Virus record (IMG/VR): IMGVR_UViG_3300044878_000082
Coordinates: 1 to 64,000 of that record
DNA length: 64,000 nucleotides
Direction: 5' to 3' (one strand)
From: a virus
Position numbers and translations under genes: made by a program
Shown here: positions 57,086 through 64,000 of the stretch, one piece after another
Numbering within the stretch: the first letter of the stretch is position 1
How the letters are laid out: each line of letters starts with the position of its first letter
Notes under the pieces: model-generated
The model's input: the letters and a program-made list of their open reading frames with translations, nothing else
What the model was told of the DNA's origin: nothing
Databases searched by the model: none

Positions 57086-57658
57086 GTGTTGGAATTAGCA
57101 ACTGTTTTAAAGAGCACGGGCAATGAGACTCTGGTCGCGTTGTTCCAAGACTCGAATGACGTCTATCTGGACATGGGTCACTTAGACCTGACTTACTCCA
57201 GTGCTGCGGACACGATCAACGTCGTCGCTACGGCTCGTGTGACGGCTCTGGATGGTACGGCGGGTAAGTACAAAGGGGCGTTCACCGTGAAGTATAAACG
57301 CGGTAACGTGACGGCACTGATGAACGGTGTGGTGCAACTCCCTTTCCCTGCGGTGTTCCCATTCACCTTCGCTACCCTCAAGGCGGGTCTCAAAGCCCAG
57401 TACGGTTTGGTTATCGAGGCACAGGACGTGTTGATCCCCAATACGACCACGGTGATGACTGACGCTACTTCGATCACGGCTGGTATGGCGGTGTCGGGTG
57501 TGGTGGAACTGAAGGTGGCTGATAAGTCTCCTCGGTTCATTCCGAAGTCGGCGAATGGTGGTAGCTTCTTCATTAAAGTGGTTGACCCTGCGGGCGGTCA
57601 ATTGGATTACTTGGCGGGCACTACGACGCTGGGTTCTGTCACTACGATGGACGCTTAA
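57086..57658 (+). CDS. virion protein, gp131-like N-terminal domain
   Basis: TAAGGAG RBS; Y.G...V.YKR, L...YGL, SPRF pattern shared with upstream gene. Confidence 0.7.
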   Translation: MLELATVLKSTGNETLVALFQDSNDVYLDMGHLDLTYSSAADTINVVATARVTALDGTAGKYKGAFTVKYKRGNVTALMNGVVQLPFPAVFPFTFATLKAGLKAQYGLVIEAQDVLIPNTTTVMTDATSITAGMAVSGVVELKVADKSPRFIPKSANGGSFFIKVVDPAGGQLDYLAGTTTLGSVTTMDA

Positions 57659-57661
57659 AGT

Positions 57662-57692
57662 AGAGGGAGGCTTCGGCCTCCTTCTATGCCGT
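57662..57692 (+). terminator. hairpin with TATGCC tag
   Basis: GGGAGGC-TTCG-GCCTCCT-TCTATGCCGT. Confidence 0.75.
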
Positions 57693-57775
57693 TATGTACA
57701 GTTATACTGTGAACCAGATTAATTTAGTTGGCCCTGTGTCGACTCTGTCACTCCTTGTTGATAAAGGTTTTTCAA

Positions 57776-58642
57776 ATGAAAACGATTACCCGTAGTGTCT
57801 GGGGTTCATCCCTTCAGACCTCTTTGCTTCTGGGTCAACGCCCAACGATTCTGGACCACACCACGCTTAACGAGAAGTTCAATGTCTTCCCAGACGAAGA
57901 ACTCAGCCTAACTGAGCGACCGGCCATGCAGTACTACTGTATCGGCAACGGTGGCCACAAGAACATGGTAGGCGCCGATGGGGTTCCTTACACATCTCCT
58001 TTGCCACACCGAGCTTCCGACGCTGCTCTGTATCGTCACTTGCCTTTTGTACTGCGCCGTGTCGATAATGACCTAGACGTCATTGCGCGTGGTCGTTACG
58101 CACTGCGTGTCCTGCTGACCATCGGTGGCGTGAACTACTGGGCTTACTACCTCAAGCGCATCAGCTTGTCGAACACCGCCCCGGCCATCAACCACACCAT
58201 CGTCGACGGTGACCAGAAGTCCACCGAACCGTACGTGCCGAACCTGGCCAACCTGAACCCGACGCCACCTGTGATGTCGAACACCGGTGTGATCAGTTCG
58301 TCTGGCGACTACCTGTCGACCTCGAGCATCCTGACGCTGATCTTCAGCGAAGCCGACGTGAAAGAACTGATCGACGCTTGCCGCATCATGTTCGACAACG
58401 AAGCCTACGCTGTGATCTCCGAGATCGGCCTGTGCTCCGGTATGGATCGCACCCTGACCGTGCCGGGTCCTGGTAACACGCAATTCAACATGAAAGAAGT
58501 GATCGCCTGTCAGATCAACTCCTTCATCACCACTCACCACTCCGTAGCCTTCACCAACAAAGGCTTCACTCAGGACATCGAACTGGGTGCTACCGAGCCG
58601 TTGCTGTCTGACGCCGACTACGTGAGTGCTAACAACGGTTAA
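57776..58642 (+). CDS. conserved virion structural protein (phiKZ gp139-like)
   Basis: TTLNEKF, IGNGGH, PFVLR..DNDL, AYYLKRI, ISEIGLCSG.D, G.TEPL. Confidence 0.75.
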   Translation: MKTITRSVWGSSLQTSLLLGQRPTILDHTTLNEKFNVFPDEELSLTERPAMQYYCIGNGGHKNMVGADGVPYTSPLPHRASDAALYRHLPFVLRRVDNDLDVIARGRYALRVLLTIGGVNYWAYYLKRISLSNTAPAINHTIVDGDQKSTEPYVPNLANLNPTPPVMSNTGVISSSGDYLSTSSILTLIFSEADVKELIDACRIMFDNEAYAVISEIGLCSGMDRTLTVPGPGNTQFNMKEVIACQINSFITTHHSVAFTNKGFTQDIELGATEPLLSDADYVSANNG

Positions 58643-58648
58643 TCGCTT

Positions 58649-59239
58649 ATGTTGTTTATCCCAGAACACAGTCGTTACTTTCGTGTAGGCGCGATCGACC
58701 CCGGTACAGACACGTTGGGGACTAGCATCCTCGACGTGGATCTTTTCACTGGCGAGATTATCCTTCGGGACGTCAACACCCTACACGGGAGCCGTAACAT
58801 GCGTCGGTATCCCGGCGTAGAAGAAGTACATGGCAGTCGATGGGCTAAACTCCATTCCCATGGCGTGGAGCTGTTGAACTGGATGCGATACTTTGGTATC
58901 CATTCCTTGATCTGCGAATCGCCCTTTCTAGGGCGGTTTCCACAGGCATTCGAAGCACTGGTTGAATGTAAAACTGCTATTCGCCGGGCACTGTACGAAT
59001 ACGATTTGTGTATGCCATTGGAAACAGTCGATCCCCCGTCTGCAAAGATGGCGGTAGGGGTGTCGGGCAAGAGCAAGAACAAGGACGATGTCAAGTGGGC
59101 CATTCTGAAGTTACCTAACTTCCGAAATGAGTCTGGGAAGCGCATCGAAGATCTCGATGAGCACTCCACTGACAGCATCGCGGTGGGTTACTTCAAATGC
59201 TTAGCGTTAATCAATTTCGTTAAGGGTGCGGGGATATGA
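58649..59239 (+). CDS. RuvC-like Holliday junction resolvase
   Basis: AIDPGT..LG, ICESPF, P.SAK.AVG....K.DV, H.TDSIAVG. Confidence 0.8.
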   Translation: MLFIPEHSRYFRVGAIDPGTDTLGTSILDVDLFTGEIILRDVNTLHGSRNMRRYPGVEEVHGSRWAKLHSHGVELLNWMRYFGIHSLICESPFLGRFPQAFEALVECKTAIRRALYEYDLCMPLETVDPPSAKMAVGVSGKSKNKDDVKWAILKLPNFRNESGKRIEDLDEHSTDSIAVGYFKCLALINFVKGAGI

Positions 59240-59478
59240 ATTCACGGATGGCGTTAATTTTTAAGGGGACAGGAAAACACAGTCTCCGACTACTTCTTAT
59301 TACCGGTCTGTTCTACGGACTGTACTGGTACTACGATGACACTGCTAAAGCTTTAGCCGAAGCTGCTCAAAAGGCAGAGAGCTTGGAAGGAACCAATCAG
59401 CAGTTGGAACTAGAGGCAAAAGGATTGAAGACTCAAACCAGGGTCCAGATTATCCAGAGACACCAGATGGATGGTTGA
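59236..59478 (+). CDS. membrane-anchored coiled-coil protein (possibly spanin-like)
   Basis: N-terminal TM then heptad helix. Confidence 0.55.
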   Translation: MNSRMALIFKGTGKHSLRLLLITGLFYGLYWYYDDTAKALAEAAQKAESLEGTNQQLELEAKGLKTQTRVQIIQRHQMDG

Positions 59479-59511
59479 TACATAGCACGCATAGCGAGCA
59501 AGGGGAGCAAT

Positions 59512-59928
59512 ATGAACATCGGAGGCGCGCTAGGGGTTCTCGGCTCTGAGGCTATCGGCACTAAGTCATGGGGAGGAATGATCGTCAAGATCTGCAACTT
59601 CCATCTGCCAGACGACAAGCTGGTAACTCTGACCGACACTGGTGACGAAGTCATGGGTAAGGTTGTGGCCATGGATGATAAAGTCCAAGTCACGATTCTG
59701 ACCATGGACATCGGTAACCTGGACGGCTTCGATCCAAGCTCATCCCGTGGGGTGAATGTGATGAAAGCCGGTGCGGTAATCATTGCGTTGGCTATGGTGG
59801 TGATTGGAGCGATGTCGACCTTTATGTACTCCAATGAAGAAGGTGGGATGGACGTCCAAGTCCTGAACTCAATCTTCAGTACCGGCATGGAGCTGGTGAA
59901 GTTGTTGCTCGGGGTACAAGGGGCATAA
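59512..59928 (+). CDS. membrane protein
   Basis: GGAG RBS; TM AGAVIIALAMVVIGAM. Confidence 0.7.
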   Translation: MNIGGALGVLGSEAIGTKSWGGMIVKICNFHLPDDKLVTLTDTGDEVMGKVVAMDDKVQVTILTMDIGNLDGFDPSSSRGVNVMKAGAVIIALAMVVIGAMSTFMYSNEEGGMDVQVLNSIFSTGMELVKLLLGVQGA

Positions 59929-59962
59929 CGAGAGAGGGCTCACGCCCTCTCTCTATGCCGCC
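59921..59962. terminator. bidirectional hairpin framed by GGCATA / TATGCC
   Basis: GGCATAAC-GAGAGAGGG..CCCTCTCTC-TATGCC. Confidence 0.8.
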
Positions 59963-59964
59963 TG

Positions 59965-61512
59965 TTAGGCGAGTTCAGACATCATCTTCTTGGAGTCAGC
60001 CAGTTTACTGAGAGGGTGGGTGATGTGATCGCCCCACTCCATCACGGTTGTTTCCATGATACCCACCGCACGAATGTACGAGGTAAAGTACTTCACGGGT
60101 TCGTCGTTCATCCACCGAATCACCGCCGCCACTTGACGCTGTACCGAAGGACTAGCCTTCGAGCTGATCGCCCACGCTTGAATACGTTCGTAAACTTCCA
60201 GTACTTTATCGAACTTAGTCAGCGCGTCATCAATCGAACCGTTGAAGTTACTCAGCAGCGTAACTGTAACGATACCAGCCGACGCCTTGGATACTTCCCC
60301 GTACTGTGGGAAACGGATCTTCAATTGTTTGCTGATCTGACTACTGGAGACTGGAATCGAGCTGAACGCAGCGAGTTGCATCAGGTTTGGATTGTGCTCA
60401 CCCACCTTTACCAGAGCCGAACCACACGGCATCGTGTCATCGGTACCAACGAAGCTACGGAAGATCTTGTAGACTTCTGCCCGTTCGGTTTTCGTCTGTT
60501 CCGCTAGATGACGAATCGCGTTGGACTTGGTGCCATCGTACGCAACCCCACTGGTAAATACTTTCTCAGCCTTCAGTGCGATCTTCATCAGCTCAGCCGC
60601 CAACAACTTACCTTGGGAGCGACCTTCTTTACCACGGAAGGCAGTGTCCCAGACCATCTCGTTGACGTCATCATGAGAGATCAGAACGTGGTCTTTGGCG
60701 GTATCGCGGAAGGTTCGTTGACCGTTAGCCGCCATGGCTGTGATCAGTGCGTGTTTAGCGTGACCGATCTGTAACTCGGAGACCGCTTTCACGTCCTTCT
60801 TGCGCATGGCAACAATGTCTTGACCATCGACAGTCATCGGTCGGGACGAGTCCACCGGACCATCGCTGGAACGCACCACAACGTGTGCTGCCGCTGGAGT
60901 GAGCAGTACCAGTTGTTCTGGCTTCTCTTTCCCCAATGGCGTGGTTGCGAGGTTGTCTAGGACGCGTTGTACCGAGGAGACGTCCTTCAGGTGCTTGAGG
61001 AGGTTCTTCTCAGCCAACTTAGAGATCGCCGCATCGTTACCGCCTTCCTTGGCTTTCTCCAGTTGGAACTTGATCTTCTTCTCTTTGCGTTTACCGAACC
61101 CAAAGATCAGGAGAAAGAAGTCACGGATACCACGCAGGATCTTACGGATCAGGGCAACCATCCCTTCCCAGATCTTGGCTATCCCTTGGGCCAGCCCTTC
61201 CATTGAAATCTGGCGACCGTCTTCGTCATTCGCTTCCATCGACGGCGTGCGAATAACCAAACCGATACGCTGGTGTACCGACTGAAACGAGTGACCGATA
61301 AACACGCGGTCCATTCGAGTCAGTTGGCTCGTACCTTCAATGTCGTCGAGGATACTTTCCAGCGTGGCTACAATTTCAGCAGTGGTATCGTGGTCGGCGA
61401 TGGATTGACCAACTTCAATACCTGCAACGGTTACGTCATACTGCGTGTGTTCGACTGAGTCGTCGTGATCAGCGAAGTGTTCCTGATCGAAGTGCTGTGC
61501 GAGGTTGCTCAT
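59965..61512 (-). CDS. internal head protein (phiKZ inner-body/ejection protein type)
   Basis: Acidic N-terminal region with ATLE, PSME, ISME sites then amphipathic helix IAKIWEGMVALIRKILRGIRDFF. Confidence 0.7.
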   Translation of the reverse strand: MSNLAQHFDQEHFADHDDSVEHTQYDVTVAGIEVGQSIADHDTTAEIVATLESILDDIEGTSQLTRMDRVFIGHSFQSVHQRIGLVIRTPSMEANDEDGRQISMEGLAQGIAKIWEGMVALIRKILRGIRDFFLLIFGFGKRKEKKIKFQLEKAKEGGNDAAISKLAEKNLLKHLKDVSSVQRVLDNLATTPLGKEKPEQLVLLTPAAAHVVVRSSDGPVDSSRPMTVDGQDIVAMRKKDVKAVSELQIGHAKHALITAMAANGQRTFRDTAKDHVLISHDDVNEMVWDTAFRGKEGRSQGKLLAAELMKIALKAEKVFTSGVAYDGTKSNAIRHLAEQTKTERAEVYKIFRSFVGTDDTMPCGSALVKVGEHNPNLMQLAAFSSIPVSSSQISKQLKIRFPQYGEVSKASAGIVTVTLLSNFNGSIDDALTKFDKVLEVYERIQAWAISSKASPSVQRQVAAVIRWMNDEPVKYFTSYIRAVGIMETTVMEWGDHITHPLSKLADSKKMMSELA

Positions 61513-61524
61513 GTCTAGATTCCA

Positions 61525-62202
61525 TTAGGCGATGAACTTCTGTCCACGCACGTATTTTTCTTGTACCTTCGCCGCACATTCTGCTTTGGTGACGAGGCCG
61601 TCCTTGTTGATGTCAAGACCCTTGTTCTGAACGTACGCAGTAGGGCGCACTTTCTGATCAAAGATCACGAATTCTTCTGGCTTACCCACAGCCGCTGGCC
61701 AGAGGATACGCATGTACACGTCGCTGAGGGTCTTCAGCTTACCCTTGTACGGTTTGAAGAAGTTGTACACGTACTCGAGCTGCTCCAACGCGGTCATCTT
61801 GAGCAGAGCCTCGACCGTAGTGCCTGCATCTTTGGCTGCGGCGTCACCGAACTGGATCAAACCATAGTAAGGGGCGCCAGCGCCGTTCTTGATCGTCGGT
61901 GAGAAGGTTTCACCGGTTTCGAAGGCCATACTCGCCATCAACCAGTTAGGCCCCTCAGGAGGCATCTCAAGAGCTTTGGCGATAGTCCGTACTCGGAGTA
62001 CGAATTCTTTCGGGACTTTGGTAGCCCAGATAATGCGGGTGGCGTCAAATTCAGGATACACGACTTTATCTCCTTGTGACTTGTCCCAAGCCGCTTGACT
62101 CTGAGGTCCCCAGATACCGTCGATGATCCCTTCATACAGACCCAGTTCTTTCAGTTTGCGCTGCTTCTCTTTAATAGCGCCTTTGTCTACGACTTGAAAC
62201 AT
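61525..62202 (-). CDS. endolysin: peptidoglycan-binding domain plus lysozyme-like/SLT domain
   Basis: QRKLKELGLY.G.IDGIWGP.S; MAFETG.TFSP, GLIQF, EQL.YV, YM.ILWP, LD.NKDG. Confidence 0.85.
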   Translation of the reverse strand: MFQVVDKGAIKEKQRKLKELGLYEGIIDGIWGPQSQAAWDKSQGDKVVYPEFDATRIIWATKVPKEFVLRVRTIAKALEMPPEGPNWLMASMAFETGETFSPTIKNGAGAPYYGLIQFGDAAAKDAGTTVEALLKMTALEQLEYVYNFFKPYKGKLKTLSDVYMRILWPAAVGKPEEFVIFDQKVRPTAYVQNKGLDINKDGLVTKAECAAKVQEKYVRGQKFIA

Positions 62203-62245
62203 TGTGGTCACCTTGATGGGGTATTTAGAACTTACATAACATGGC

Positions 62246-62287
62246 CGCATAAGAGGAGGACCGAAGTCCTCCTCCTTTTATGCCGTT
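62246..62287. terminator. hairpin framed by GCATAA / TTATGC
   Basis: GAGGAGGAC-CGAA-GTCCTCCTC (TTCG loop on minus strand). Confidence 0.75.
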
Positions 62288-62733
62288 GGACCGAGTAGTC
62301 GACCGGGTACCAAACCAGTACTGGCGATGAGGTAACCCACGTTGACGATGGACCGACCGGGTGCAGCACCTGGACCGTAGAAGTTTTGGGAGCTACCAAT
62401 AGAGCCCCCAGATGCACCGGGTTGACCGAGGTCACCACCTTTACCTTGGTAGGGGTTGTCGTAACTGGTGAGACCACCAGCCGTCTCCGTACCATTGTAA
62501 CCTACGTATCGGTAGTTCGCTGACCACGTAACGTCCCCGCCGGCCCCTGGGTTGATGCCAGCACCTCCGCCGCCAGGACAGTTGTTACTGTTACTACCAC
62601 CGGTCTCACCAGAACCCCCACCTCCGCCACCACCACCACCGATGTAACCGTTGTTGGTGATCGTCGTAGGGAACTCGAGCAACAAAGCATCGCTCCCAGG
62701 TTGAGCTGGCACAACTGTAAACTGATAACCCAT
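62278..62733 (-). CDS. Gly-rich adhesin-like protein, C-terminal part (T-even gp38-like)
   Basis: ITNNGYIGGGGGGGG, GGGGAG, GKGGDLGQPG, GAAPG; GGAGGAGG RBS. Confidence 0.7.
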   Translation of the reverse strand: MGYQFTVVPAQPGSDALLLEFPTTITNNGYIGGGGGGGGGSGETGGSNSNNCPGGGGAGINPGAGGDVTWSANYRYVGYNGTETAGGLTSYDNPYQGKGGDLGQPGASGGSIGSSQNFYGPGAAPGRSIVNVGYLIASTGLVPGRLLGPTA

Positions 62734-62747
62734 TACAACCTCCTCCC

Positions 62748-63164
62748 TTAGTGAGTACCACGGTCAGGTTCGTGTGGTGTACCTGTCCGGGTCACGTTAC
62801 CACCCTTACCACCAGCACCTTCAATGTAACCGTTGTTGATGATGGTTAGGGTAGAACCGGCTGGGAAGCCACCAGTCCGCAATGCAAAGTTACCCGGCGT
62901 CCCACCAATCTTACCGTTGTTGATAAAGATAAAATTGCTAGGTGACTGTGGATAACCAAAGCACGCAGCGATGTTCATGTTGTATCCGTACCCAACGTGG
63001 GTATAGATCTGTGCACCTGGCCAGACTTCTTTCCAAGTAGACGCATCAACCTTGACCATCACACGCTTGGCTTTGTACCAGTTGTTGTCACCCAGTTTAA
63101 TGAACGGAGTTTTGACTGGAGTGAAGACCCCTGGGGATAACTTGACCGCAATTTTCTGTGTCAT
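62748..63164 (-). CDS. Gly-rich adhesin-like protein, N-terminal part
   Basis: WY.AK...VKV...WKEVW attachment-like motif; TLTIINNGYIEGAGGKGG. Confidence 0.7.
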   Translation of the reverse strand: MTQKIAVKLSPGVFTPVKTPFIKLGDNNWYKAKRVMVKVDASTWKEVWPGAQIYTHVGYGYNMNIAACFGYPQSPSNFIFINNGKIGGTPGNFALRTGGFPAGSTLTIINNGYIEGAGGKGGNVTRTGTPHEPDRGTH

Positions 63165-63179
63165 CGGACAGGCCTTTTA

Positions 63180-64000
63180 TCAGTAGGTGAACCAGACATC
63201 ACCTACAGCACCCCAGGCGCCGTTAGGGTCAGCCGTGGAGATCAGGAGGGCACGTTTACCCATGGTGCCGACTTGGTTATACGCAGCAGCCAAGATCGAC
63301 GCAGTGGTGTTACCTTCCAGTGCAGCAGCGTTCACTGCGGTACCGTTAGCAGGCAGACGCAGACCCACGAGATAGTTCACGTCAGCCACCGTATACGCAC
63401 CCACCATCGCAGCGGTTGTCCCGTGTGGGTTACCGGATACAATCTTGGCGTGAGCATCCATAGCAGCAGTCTGGAACGCAATGGCCTGAGCAGTGAGCAA
63501 CGGCGTCATGTACTTGGTGTTGATCGTGCCCGCTTGTGCTTCAGCAGTCGATGCTACACCGTAGTCCAACACGTTACCCAACCCTACTTGCGCCTTGGTA
63601 GTTGCGTGCGGGTTGTTGGTGTTGGTGATGTGGTTGTTCAACGGAACCAAGGCTTGTTGAGCAATCGCCTGAGCAGTCCGCAGTGGAGTCATATACTTCA
63701 GGTTCGAAGTACCGGCCTCCGCTTCAGCTTGCACCGCGAGATCGTAGTTCTGCACGCTACCGAGTCCCACTTGCGCTTTAGTCGTGTTGTGGGGGTTGGT
63801 CTGGTCGTTGATGTGCGTGTTCAGCGGCACGACTGCTTGAGCCGTAATCGCTTGCTTCGTGGTCAACGGCGTGAGGTAACGATCGGAACGAGTCCCTGCT
63901 TCCGCTTCAGCTTGGGTGGCTGGCTGGTAGTTTTCTACCAAGCTCAGACCAACCTGTGCTTTAGTCGTAGCGTGAGGGTTCGTCTTGTCCGCGATGTGTG
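63180..64000 (-). CDS. tail fibre protein, 3' part (truncated by window end)
   Basis: Repeats of H...NPH.TTKAQVGLG.V.[ND]Y...A.AGT...YMTPL.T.QAI; C-terminal GDVWF. Confidence 0.85.
   Translation of the reverse strand, partial: HIADKTNPHATTKAQVGLSLVENYQPATQAEAEAGTRSDRYLTPLTTKQAITAQAVVPLNTHINDQTNPHNTTKAQVGLGSVQNYDLAVQAEAEAGTSNLKYMTPLRTAQAIAQQALVPLNNHITNTNNPHATTKAQVGLGNVLDYGVASTAEAQAGTINTKYMTPLLTAQAIAFQTAAMDAHAKIVSGNPHGTTAAMVGAYTVADVNYLVGLRLPANGTAVNAAALEGNTTASILAAAYNQVGTMGKRALLISTADPNGAWGAVGDVWFTY

Noticed and set aside
1-64000. CRISPR arrays, tRNA genes, transposases, stop-codon reassignment
   Set aside because: None recognised by eye; TAA, TAG and TGA all terminate well-packed genes. tRNAscan/Infernal were not run
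63180-64000. Tail fibre repeats as a diversity-generating or invertible cassette
   Set aside because: Repeats are protein-level and typical of such fibres; no reverse transcriptase or invertase is seen in the window

Overview
64 kb segment of a phiKZ-like jumbo myophage genome (nucleus-forming lineage inferred from synteny; host probably Pseudomonas-like, not determinable here). Bases 1-38.7 kb are mostly short + strand accessory genes mixed with nucleotide/NAD metabolism genes: SLOG protein, a Prs-like + Nampt-like pair matching the NARP1 NAD+ reconstitution pathway, Nudix-like protein, ThyA, HD/PDE-like hydrolase, NrdAB, NAD-dependent ligase and DHFR. Bases 38.7-64 kb are the phiKZ-type core: DnaB-like helicase, major capsid protein, non-virion RNAP subunit, portal, virion proteins, RuvC-like resolvase, internal head protein, endolysin, Gly-rich adhesin-like ORFs and a repeat tail fibre. 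Six TATATTAC-type promoters and many terminators carrying a conserved TATGCC/GGCATA tag are visible. Best new candidate: the capsid gene ends in CCC-TAA, a known +1 frameshift signal. Its +1 frame adds a 21-aa peptide (KLLPGMVQITRLPGLVFAPHP) resembling an L-x-G-[LF]-x-[YF] motif repeated 12 times at the C-terminus of a virion protein and present, more weakly, in two neighbouring virion proteins. This suggests a peptide-tag docking system for virion appendages. All family and phiKZ gp assignments come from motif recognition and recalled synteny, not database searches. No tRNA or CRISPR array was recognised.
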